A stretch of DNA of 42,422 bases from Candidatus Methylomirabilia bacterium (GTDB lineage: Bacteria > Methylomirabilota > Methylomirabilia > Rokubacteriales > CSP1-6), in the NCBI GenBank assembly GCA_041492755.1, contig JBGPXN010000020.1, positions 1-42,422 on the forward strand. The letters run 5' to 3'. A program made the position numbers and the translations under genes. The notes under the pieces were generated by a model. The model did not search any database, was not told the origin of the DNA, and saw only the letters and a program-made list of their open reading frames with translations. Below, piece after piece: positions 7,975 through 15,904 of this stretch (positions are counted from its first letter, which is position 1; every line of letters starts with the position of its first letter).

Positions 7975-8346
7975 TTACCGCGGCTTCAGCTCGAGCATGT
8001 AGTCGTCCGGGTCGCGGAGGTAGATCGACGGCCCCTGGCCCCAGGCGCCGTAGCGGCTCACGACCTCGCTCTCGAGCTTCACGCCCTGGCCGCGCAGCTC
8101 CTCGGCCACCTTGGCGAGGTCGTCACAGCTGATCGACAGGCAGATGTGATCGACGCCGCCGCGCGGCTCCCCGGCGGCCGCGGGGACGAGGTCGATGAAC
8201 GCCTCGCCGAATCGGAGGTGGATCAGTGACAGCCTCTCGTTGACGCGATCGACCGTGCAGCCGAGCACGTCCGTGTAGAAGCGCCGGGAAGCGTCCTGGT
8301 CGCGGACGCGAAGCACCACGTGGTCGAGTCCAAGCGGAGTCAGCAT
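7975..8346 (-). CDS. VOC/glyoxalase family protein
   Basis: AGGAGG SD before MLTPLGLDHVVLRV; FYTDVLG, DHICL and YLRDPD motifs. The ORF-track start at 8628 overlaps ybbP and is not used. Confidence 0.88.
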   Translation of the reverse strand: MLTPLGLDHVVLRVRDQDASRRFYTDVLGCTVDRVNERLSLIHLRFGEAFIDLVPAAAGEPRGGVDHICLSISCDDLAKVAEELRGQGVKLESEVVSRYGAWGQGPSIYLRDPDDYMLELKPR

Positions 8347-8411
8347 CGTCCCATCCTCCTGTTCGCGCTCCAGCACCGCCCTGGCGGTCCTCGCGGCTGT
8401 TCCGGCCGCAG

Positions 8412-10937
8412 CTATTCCCGCCGTAGCACCGCCAGCGGCTTCTGGCCGAGCAACCGGAATGTTGCCAGGAATCCGACCCCGAGCGCCAGCGCCGTCGTGA
8501 GCCCCACGCCGGCGGCCAGGATCCCCGGCTCGAAGGTCCACGGGACCTCCAGCACCCACTCGAGCACGATCCACGCGAGCACCGTGGCCAGCACGGTACC
8601 GCCCAGGCCCGCCGCGGCCCCCAGACATGCGTACTCCACGGCGAAGATCCGCGCCACCACGCCGCGGGTGGCGCCAAGCGTTCGCAAGATAACGGATTCC
8701 GCGAGCCGCTGGTATCGACTGGCGGCGAGCGCCGACGCCATGACGACCAGCCCGGCGGCGACGGCGAACACGGCGATCGCCCGAACCGCCAAGGCGATGC
8801 GGTCGAGGATCGCGGCCACGCGCTCCAGCACGTCCCGCACCGGCACCGCCGTCACGTTGGGGAACGCGCTGACCACCTTATCTTGCAATCGCGCCTCGCG
8901 CGCAGGCGGCACGCGGGCGGTCGCCACGTACGTGGTCGGCGCGCCGTCGAGCGGACCCGGCGAGAACAGGACGAAGAAGTTGGTGGAGAGCGTTTGCCAG
9001 TCGACGCGGCGGACCGACATCACCTCGGCCTCCACCGGCGCGCCCTGGATGTCGAACGTGAGCGTGCCGCCGACGTCCACGGCCAGGTGCTTGGCCGCGC
9101 CTTCCTCCACCGACACTCGCGGACGCGCCGCCGCCTCGGCCGGGGTCCACCATCGGCCCCGGAGCAGCGCGTTGCTCGCCGGCAGCGCGGCCGCCGCCGT
9201 GAGCGCGTAGTCGCGCGTGTAGTACCAGAGACCGGCGCGGCCGGCGGCTTTCCGCGCGTCCAGCAGCGCGCGCGTCACCGGCTCGCCGTTCACGGCGGCC
9301 AGCCGCGCTCGCACCAGTGGCGTCAGCGCCGGCGGCCCGCCGCCACCCTCGGCACGCACCAGGTCCTCGAACGCACGTCGCTGGTCGGGCTGGATGTCGA
9401 TGAAGAAGAACGACGGCGCTTCCCGCCTGCGCTCGTGATCGATGTGACGAGCGAGACTCGCTTGCAGCAGCGCGATGGCGACCAGGAGCATCACACCCAC
9501 CCCGAGCGCCACCACGACGCCGCCGGCGTGGCCTCCCGGGCGGTGCAGGTTCGCCAACCCCTGGCGCCAGGCCATCGAGACCACGCGCGGCCGCGCCCGG
9601 CCCAGCGCGCGCAGGACCCGGGCCAACGCGGTCAACGTGAGCAGTGCGGCCAGGGCGGCGCCCACGAACAGGCCGCCGAGCTTCAGCGAGCCGGCTTGCC
9701 AGACGGCCAGGCCCGCGAGTCCGCCCGCGATCGGCAGCAGCGGCCAGCGCGCGCGGCGCCGGCGCGCCGGGGCGGGATCGACGTCGCGCCGGAGGATCAG
9801 CGCGGGCGGCACGGTGCGGATCTCGAGCAGCGGCCAGAGCGCGACGAAGAGCGCCGTCAGCACCCCCATGGCGATCCCGCGCGCGAGCGTCCAGTACGCC
9901 GGCTGCGTCTCGAGCGTGAGCGACACGACGCCGGCGAGCAGACGTCCGGCCAGCGGCTGCACCGCGAGCCCGATCGCCGCGCCGATCACGCTGCCGAGAA
10001 GCGCCAGCGCGAGCGTCTGCAGCACGTACGTGGCGAGCACCGCGCGCGAGGTCGCGCCCAGGCACTTGAGGATCGCGATGGTGGCGAGCCGGCGCGCGAG
10101 AAACGCCGCCACCGACGCGGCCACGCCGATGCCGCCCACGAGCAGGCTGGCGAGGCCGACGAGGCCGAGATAGCTCGAGAGCTGGCGGAAGAAGCCACGG
10201 AGCCCGGGCTGGGCCTCCTCGAACGTCCCCAGGCGCACACCGGGATCGCCGAGCGCCCCGGCCAGGGCATCGCGCGCGACCGTGAGCGACGTCCCCTCCG
10301 GCAGGCGGAGGAGCGTGCGGTGGCGCACGCGGCTACCGAACGCCAGCAAGCCGGTGCGCTCGAGCGCAGCGTTCGCGATGACGATGCGCGGACCGAGCGT
10401 GATGCCGAGCGCGCGGTCCGGTTCCTTCACCACGACCCCGCGAATGACGAAGCGTCCGACGCCGATGACGAGTGGATCGCCCGGCGCCAGGCCGAGTCGG
10501 CGGAGCACCGCCTCCTCGACCAACACGCCGTCGTCGCCGAGCCACCGGTGGGCCGCGCCGGCCGGCCGCGTCTCCAGCGCGCCGTAGAGCGGGTAGCGCG
10601 CGTCGACGGCCTTGATCTCGACGAGCAGCGTGGCCCCGGCGTCCGACCGCGCCATGCCGGTCACTTCGCGCAGGCGCGCCGGCGTGACGCCTTCGCGCTC
10701 GAGCCGCGCGATCTCGGCGGTCGCCGCGGAGTCCAGCGGGCGCGACGACCGCAGCTCCAGGTCGCCGCCCATGAGCGCTCGCGCCTCGCGTCGGACCGTC
10801 CGCTCCAGGTTGGTCGCGAACGTGCCGACGGCGACCAGCGCGGCCACGCCGAGCGCGACGCAGCCACCCAGCGCGCCCGCGTGCCGCCACCCGGCGCGGG
10901 TCTCGCGCCAGGCCATGCGAAGGACGAAACCGATCAC
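8412..10937 (-). CDS. ybbP: YbbP-like ABC transporter permease (two FtsX-like domains)
   Basis: LRMAWRE, GGDL, IAILKCLGA, FFFIDIQPDQ and ILRTLGA motifs; conserved adjacency to ybbA and tesA. Confidence 0.85.
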   Translation of the reverse strand: MIGFVLRMAWRETRAGWRHAGALGGCVALGVAALVAVGTFATNLERTVRREARALMGGDLELRSSRPLDSAATAEIARLEREGVTPARLREVTGMARSDAGATLLVEIKAVDARYPLYGALETRPAGAAHRWLGDDGVLVEEAVLRRLGLAPGDPLVIGVGRFVIRGVVVKEPDRALGITLGPRIVIANAALERTGLLAFGSRVRHRTLLRLPEGTSLTVARDALAGALGDPGVRLGTFEEAQPGLRGFFRQLSSYLGLVGLASLLVGGIGVAASVAAFLARRLATIAILKCLGATSRAVLATYVLQTLALALLGSVIGAAIGLAVQPLAGRLLAGVVSLTLETQPAYWTLARGIAMGVLTALFVALWPLLEIRTVPPALILRRDVDPAPARRRRARWPLLPIAGGLAGLAVWQAGSLKLGGLFVGAALAALLTLTALARVLRALGRARPRVVSMAWRQGLANLHRPGGHAGGVVVALGVGVMLLVAIALLQASLARHIDHERRREAPSFFFIDIQPDQRRAFEDLVRAEGGGGPPALTPLVRARLAAVNGEPVTRALLDARKAAGRAGLWYYTRDYALTAAAALPASNALLRGRWWTPAEAAARPRVSVEEGAAKHLAVDVGGTLTFDIQGAPVEAEVMSVRRVDWQTLSTNFFVLFSPGPLDGAPTTYVATARVPPAREARLQDKVVSAFPNVTAVPVRDVLERVAAILDRIALAVRAIAVFAVAAGLVVMASALAASRYQRLAESVILRTLGATRGVVARIFAVEYACLGAAAGLGGTVLATVLAWIVLEWVLEVPWTFEPGILAAGVGLTTALALGVGFLATFRLLGQKPLAVLRRE

Positions 10938-11632
10938 GCCGGCGTGGGCACCGTACGCGCGCCGGCGGTCTCGCCGACGACGCGCCCGTCGCGGAGACTC
11001 ACGACGCGGTCGGCGTGGGCGGCCAGGGCGGGATCGTGGGTCACCAGCAGCAGCGTGCTCGCGCTCTCCCGATTGAGCGCGAGGAGCAGCGCGATGATCG
11101 CCGCGCCGGTGGCGGAGTCGAGGTTGCCGGTGGGCTCGTCGGCGAGGAGCAGGCGCGGCCGCATCGCCACCGCGCGCGCCAGCGCCACCCGCTGCTGCTC
11201 GCCGCCGGAGAGCTGCGTCGGGTAGTGGTGGCCGCGCGCCTCGAGCCCGACGGTTGCGAGCAGACGCCGGGCCTGCGCGAGCGCGTCCCGCGCGCCCGCG
11301 AGATCCAGCGGCACGGCCACGTTCTCGGCGGCGGTGAGCGTCGGGATCAGGTGGAAGGACTGAAACACGTAGCCGATGGTCCCGTGACGCAAACGGGCGA
11401 GGCGGTCTTCGTCGAGCGCGGTGACGTCCACGCCGTCGACCGTGATGGATCCAGCCGTGGGCCGGTCGAGCCCCGCGATGAGCCCGAGCAGCGTCGATTT
11501 ACCGCTGCCGGATGGGCCGGTGATGGCCACCACCTCGCGCGGCGCGACGTCGAGATCGACGCCGTCGAGGATGGTCACGGGCGCGCCGGCGCTCGTCAGC
11601 CGCATCACGAGGTCGCGAACGCGAACGATCAT
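10934..11632 (-). CDS. ybbA: ABC transporter ATP-binding protein (YbbA/LolD-like)
   Basis: Walker A GPSGSGKS, signature LSGGEQQRV, ADEPTGNLD. Start placed at ATG 11632, 7 nt after TAGTAT; 11641 is the alternative. Confidence 0.9.
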   Translation of the reverse strand: MIVRVRDLVMRLTSAGAPVTILDGVDLDVAPREVVAITGPSGSGKSTLLGLIAGLDRPTAGSITVDGVDVTALDEDRLARLRHGTIGYVFQSFHLIPTLTAAENVAVPLDLAGARDALAQARRLLATVGLEARGHHYPTQLSGGEQQRVALARAVAMRPRLLLADEPTGNLDSATGAAIIALLLALNRESASTLLLVTHDPALAAHADRVVSLRDGRVVGETAGARTVPTPA

Positions 11633-11639
11633 CCGACTC

Positions 11640-11649
11640 ATACTACACT
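11640..11649. promoter_or_regulatory. Overlapping divergent -10 hexamers (TAGTAT on minus, TACACT on plus)
   Basis: ATACTACACT lies 7 nt from the ybbA ATG and 6 nt from the tesA ATG, with no SD for either. Confidence 0.5.
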
Positions 11650-11655
11650 TGCCGT

Positions 11656-12342
11656 ATGCGCCGGCCCCGAACGGTCCTCGCCGCGCTCAGGCGCGTCGTG
11701 GGCGCGTGCGATCAGCGAATCCGCGCGCGCACCGGCTGTCTCGCCGTCGCGGCCCTGCTGATCGCGGCGCTCACCGCCGTCGACGCCGCCGACCCGCGCG
11801 TGATCGTGATCCTGGGCGACAGCCTGACCGCCGGGCTGGGCGTCGCGCCCGACGAGGCGTATCCGGCGCGGCTGCAAGCCCGGCTCACGCGCGAGGGGTA
11901 TCCCTACCGGGTCGTGAACGCGGGCGTGAGCGGCGACACCACGGCCGGTGGGCTGCGGCGGCTGCCGTGGGTGCTGCGGCAGCGGCCGGAGATCGTGATC
12001 GTCGCTCTCGGCGCCAACGACGGGCTGCGCGGCCAGAGCGTGGCGGCGATGCGCGCGAATCTTACCGAGATCGTCCGGCAGGCGCGTGCGGCCGGCGCCC
12101 GCGTGCTCCTGGCCGGCATGCGGCTGCCGCCGAACTACGGCAACGGATACGTCCGCGAGTTCGAGGCCGTCTTCCCGGCCGTCGCCAGGCAGCAGAACGT
12201 GGCGCTCGTGCCGTTCTTGCTGGACGGCGTCGCCGCCAACCCCGCGTTGAACCAAGCGGACGGCATGCATCCGAACGCCGAGGGGCAGAACACGATCGCC
12301 GACCGTCTTTGGCCTCGAGTCGTTCGCCTTCTGAGCCGATAG
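11656..12342 (+). CDS. tesA: Arylesterase / acyl-CoA thioesterase I (SGNH/GDSL)
   Basis: GDSLTAG, NAGVSGDTT, LGAND and DGMHPN motifs; divergent from ybbA. Confidence 0.9.
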   Translation: MRRPRTVLAALRRVVGACDQRIRARTGCLAVAALLIAALTAVDAADPRVIVILGDSLTAGLGVAPDEAYPARLQARLTREGYPYRVVNAGVSGDTTAGGLRRLPWVLRQRPEIVIVALGANDGLRGQSVAAMRANLTEIVRQARAAGARVLLAGMRLPPNYGNGYVREFEAVFPAVARQQNVALVPFLLDGVAANPALNQADGMHPNAEGQNTIADRLWPRVVRLLSR

Positions 12343-12414
12343 ATCGACCGGACAGACGTGCGTATCCGTGACCAGACAGCCGTGTGTCGCTGTTTGGAGA
12401 CGCTGGACACGAGG

Positions 12415-12437
12415 CCAGGATCGGGTGCAGATTCGTA
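12415..12437 (+). promoter_or_regulatory. Second copy of the 6949-6971 motif
   Basis: CCAGGATCGGGTGCAGATTCGTA versus CCAGAAACGAGTGCAAACTCGTA (18/23). Followed by hairpin GGACCGG-N7-CCGGTCC before the SD. Confidence 0.4.
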
Positions 12438-12507
12438 GTGAAAGACGAGGACCGGTAAACGTCCGGTCCCGGCCGCTCGTCCAAGCGATTCGAAGGAGGG
12501 CCTGACC

Positions 12508-13047
12508 ATGCGTCGGATCATCGCCGCCACCCTCGTGCTCGCCCTGCTGATCGTCGGGGTGCTCGGAGCTGCGCCGCCGGCGTCGGCCGGGACGGCAACC
12601 AACGTCGCCCTGGGTCTCGCCGCCTTCGCCGTCTTCAATCAGATCGTCGCCCCGTTTGCCCGCCCCTACCCGGCGTACGCCTATTACCCGCGCGCGGTCG
12701 TCTATCCCGTCGTCCAGCCGGTCCCCGTCGTGTATTACCAGCCGCCGGTCGTCTATCAGACCCCGCCGGGGTACCAGGGCCCCGCGGTGTACCAGACTCC
12801 GCCGGCCTATCAGAGCGCCGGGGTCTACCCGGCCCCGCCCGCGTATCAGAGCTCGGCCGTGTATCAGCACCCGCCGGTCGCCGTGACGTCGGCGGCGCCG
12901 TCGTACCAGGTTGCGTCCGGCTCCAACGTCGTGTACTACCCGCACGGCCGGTACGAGCTCCACATGCAGGGCGGCCAGTACGTGTGGGTCTGGATCCCGA
13001 ACGCGCCTCCACCTCCGCCACCGGCACCGGCCACGACGACCAACTGA
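12508..13047 (+). CDS. Secreted Pro/Tyr-rich low-complexity protein with 6-aa repeats
   Basis: AAGGAGG SD, signal peptide ending PASA-G, repeats (V/G/A)YQxPP, C-terminal YYPHGRYEL..YVWVWIP. Confidence 0.8.
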   Translation: MRRIIAATLVLALLIVGVLGAAPPASAGTATNVALGLAAFAVFNQIVAPFARPYPAYAYYPRAVVYPVVQPVPVVYYQPPVVYQTPPGYQGPAVYQTPPAYQSAGVYPAPPAYQSSAVYQHPPVAVTSAAPSYQVASGSNVVYYPHGRYELHMQGGQYVWVWIPNAPPPPPPAPATTTN

Positions 13048-13079
13048 ACCGCAAGCCCACGGACCACGCTCGGCCGGTG

Positions 13080-14291
13080 ATGGCCCGCGTCCGAACGGCC
13101 CGCTCCTCGCTCACCGATGAGCGGGGCCTCGCGCTGGCGTCGGCGCTGATCGCCCTGATGATCCTTTCCTCGCTCATGCTCGCGTTCGCGCTGCTGGCGC
13201 AGACGGAGCCGGTGATCGCGGCCAACCACGCGCGCGTCGCCCAGGCCCGGACGTTCGCCGAGAGCGGCCTGGAGCGGGGTGTGTGGGCGCTCAATCAGCC
13301 CAGCGGCGCGCCGGGCGGCGGCGGATTGGCGGTCCCCGGCGCGAACGTGGTCGCCGCCGCCCCCTACGACGGCCAGACGTTCATCCGGATCAACAGCGCC
13401 GGCGGCTTCACGCTCAAGATCACGGGCAGCACCCCGACCGAGGCGCTGATCGAGGCGGTGGGCTGGACACCGGCGCCGGCGGCGGCCGAGACAAAGGCGC
13501 ACCGCAAGGTCACGGCGACGCTGCAGCGGCTCACCGACGTCGCGCGCAACGCGCCGTGCGCCCTGTGCGTGAAGGGAACGCTGGCCGTCTCCGGCCGCTC
13601 CACCATCGACGGCCGCCCGTCCGGGGGGTCGTCCTGCGGCAACAAGGCCGGCGCGGGGGCGCTCCACAGCATCACCGGGAACACGACCTCGAGCATCTAC
13701 GGAGCGGACGGGAACGACACCCCGAACGAGACCGCCGACGTCGTTCAGGACCAACCGGCTTCGAGCTTCGACGCCTTCACGTTCACCACGGCCGATCTGG
13801 ATGCGCTGAAGGCACTGGCCAAGGCGAACGGGACGTACTACACCGGCCGTGTCACGTTCGACGACGCCAACCGGCTCGCGAACGGCATCGTCTTCGTCGA
13901 CACCGCCAGCGGCAACACCATCCCGCCCGACCCGTCGCAGCAGAACCCATCGGACTTCGCGTCGGTCGACATCCGCGGCACCCCGTTCGTCGATCCGACC
14001 GGTTTCCACGGCGTGCTCGTCGTGAACGGCGGCCTCGGCATCACCGGCGGCATGATCCTTCACGGGTTGGTATACGCCCTGGGCGAGTTCAACGACACGG
14101 GCAGCGCCAGTGGCTCGATCAACGGCCTGGTGATCTCGCAGAACATCCGCGACACCATCCCCTCCTCGGTGGACTCCACCGCCGGCAGCAACTCGACCAT
14201 CACCTTCGACTGCACGGACGCCCGGGGCGCCGGCTACCTTCCGTCCGGCTGGTTCCTCCGGGCCGGCACCTACAAGGAAGTCGGCGACTAG
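13080..14291 (+). CDS. PilX-like minor pilin/pseudopilin (PilX_N domain)
   Basis: Prepilin-type DERG/LALASALIALMIL without Glu5, then AQARTFAESGLE, followed by a beta-rich C-terminal region. Confidence 0.75.
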   Translation: MARVRTARSSLTDERGLALASALIALMILSSLMLAFALLAQTEPVIAANHARVAQARTFAESGLERGVWALNQPSGAPGGGGLAVPGANVVAAAPYDGQTFIRINSAGGFTLKITGSTPTEALIEAVGWTPAPAAAETKAHRKVTATLQRLTDVARNAPCALCVKGTLAVSGRSTIDGRPSGGSSCGNKAGAGALHSITGNTTSSIYGADGNDTPNETADVVQDQPASSFDAFTFTTADLDALKALAKANGTYYTGRVTFDDANRLANGIVFVDTASGNTIPPDPSQQNPSDFASVDIRGTPFVDPTGFHGVLVVNGGLGITGGMILHGLVYALGEFNDTGSASGSINGLVISQNIRDTIPSSVDSTAGSNSTITFDCTDARGAGYLPSGWFLRAGTYKEVGD

Positions 14292-14527
14292 CCTGGACTA
14301 TTCGTGAACGCGCACACCGCGATCGACCGGGGGGCACGGCCGGAGATGGGTGGATGGGATCCGGGTGACCCATGTCCCGCCACGCGAGACGACGACATCA
14401 CCGTATGGAATGGGAACGGCTCCCCGGTGATCGGTACGCCGTCGGCTGTGGTCAGAGGACCCGCCCACCCATCTCCGGCCGTGCCCCCCGGTCGGCGAAC
14501 GCGTCGCGCGTTCACGAATAGTCCAGA
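14292..14527. mobile_element. MITE-like structured element, family A copy 2 (inverted relative to copy 1)
   Basis: Same inverted ends as copy 1. Flanked by CTAG at 14288-14291 (contains the upstream stop codon) and 14528-14531. Confidence 0.85.
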
Positions 14528-14589
14528 CTAGGATGCCGCCGATCTTGGGATTTGCGGCCGGCTCGACTACCCTCGTCGAGAGCGGGCGG

Positions 14590-15732
14590 ATGACCTTCGT
14601 CGACAAGCGCCGGATGACGGGAGAGGGGCGGCTCGGGTACGACACCCGCTTCGGATCCGGGTGGATCAGCGGGGTCGCCTCGGTGGGACTGGGCCTCATG
14701 GGGCTGGGAGCGGTGCTCTGCCTGCTCTTCCCGGACGTGCTCACCACGCCGGAGGCGCGGCGCCTCTATCCGATGGCGATCGTCCGCTTCGTGATCCATG
14801 CCGGACTGATTTCGGCGTTCTGTCTCGGCGGCCTGAGCATCGTCCTGAGTCGGCGCATACCGCTCGGCCTGACCGGGATCGCGCTCGTGGTCGTGGCCAC
14901 CCTCCTCGGCGGCGCTCAGGTCGAGGTCGGGACGATCCGCGAGCCGCGTGTATTCGTGGGCCTGGACTGGTTCCTTCTGAACCTCTTCGTGCTCGCCTTC
15001 GTGTTCATCCCCGTCGAGATGTTGTTCGCCCGACGTCCGGAGCAGCGCTTCTTCCGCCCGGGCTGGCTGACCGACGTGCTCCACTTCATGGTGAGTCACT
15101 TACTCGTGCAACTCACCGTCCTCCTCACGCTGCTGCCGGCCGCCGTATTCTTCCGCTGGGCGGTGAGTCCTCGCGTGCAGTCGCTGGTCGCCGGCCAACC
15201 GCTGGTGCTCCAGTTCGTCGAGATCGTGATCGTCGCGGATCTCGCCGAGTACGCGATCCACCGGGCCTTCCACCAGGTGCCGTGGCTCTGGCCCTTCCAC
15301 GCGGTCCATCACTCGTCGCAGACCCTGGACTGGCTGGCCGCCTCCCGCATCCATCTCGTCGACGCCGTCGTCACGCGCGCCCTGGCCTTCGTGCCCCTGT
15401 ACGTCCTCGGCTTCGCCCCCGGCGCCGTGTACGCGTACCTGGTCTTCGTGTCGTTCCACGCGATCTTCCTGCACGCCAACGTCCGCTTCCGCTTCGGCCC
15501 GCTCGCGTGGATCGTCGGCACGCCGCAGTTCCACCACTGGCACCACGCCGTCCGCCCGGTCGACAAGAACTTCGCCATCCACCTGCCCGTGATCGACCGG
15601 ATCTTCGGGACGCACTACTTGCCGGCCGGGCGCTGGCCCGACGACTACGGCCTCGAGGGTCAGCCGGTGCCGCCGCGCTACCCGGGGCAGGTGCTCTATC
15701 CGTTCCGCTCGCCGGCGAGCCGAGCCGGATAG
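14590..15732 (+). CDS. Sterol desaturase / fatty acid hydroxylase family
   Basis: His boxes HRAFH, HAVHHS and HHWHH, plus DRIFGT; multiple TM helices. Start uncertain (14533, 14590 or 14614). Confidence 0.88.
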   Translation: MTFVDKRRMTGEGRLGYDTRFGSGWISGVASVGLGLMGLGAVLCLLFPDVLTTPEARRLYPMAIVRFVIHAGLISAFCLGGLSIVLSRRIPLGLTGIALVVVATLLGGAQVEVGTIREPRVFVGLDWFLLNLFVLAFVFIPVEMLFARRPEQRFFRPGWLTDVLHFMVSHLLVQLTVLLTLLPAAVFFRWAVSPRVQSLVAGQPLVLQFVEIVIVADLAEYAIHRAFHQVPWLWPFHAVHHSSQTLDWLAASRIHLVDAVVTRALAFVPLYVLGFAPGAVYAYLVFVSFHAIFLHANVRFRFGPLAWIVGTPQFHHWHHAVRPVDKNFAIHLPVIDRIFGTHYLPAGRWPDDYGLEGQPVPPRYPGQVLYPFRSPASRAG

Positions 15733-15741
15733 AGAATCTCG

Positions 15742-15888
15742 GAGCCCGTGAAGGAATTCGAGGAGCGCCACGGCTCCGCCGGGGCGCGTCCGAGCGCTGG
15801 GAATGTCGAGGCGCGCCCCGGGTTTCCCGGGGCGCGTCCGAGCGCTGGGGGGTATGGGGGGCCATATCGGGGCCCCCCCATGTACTCA
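15742..15888 (-). repeat. Family B hairpin repeat, copy 2 (internally duplicated module)
   Basis: Reverse copy with two CAGCGCTCGGACGCGCCCCGG units, between convergent genes. Confidence 0.8.
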
Positions 15889-15904
15889 TCGGGCCGGAAC
15901 GACG

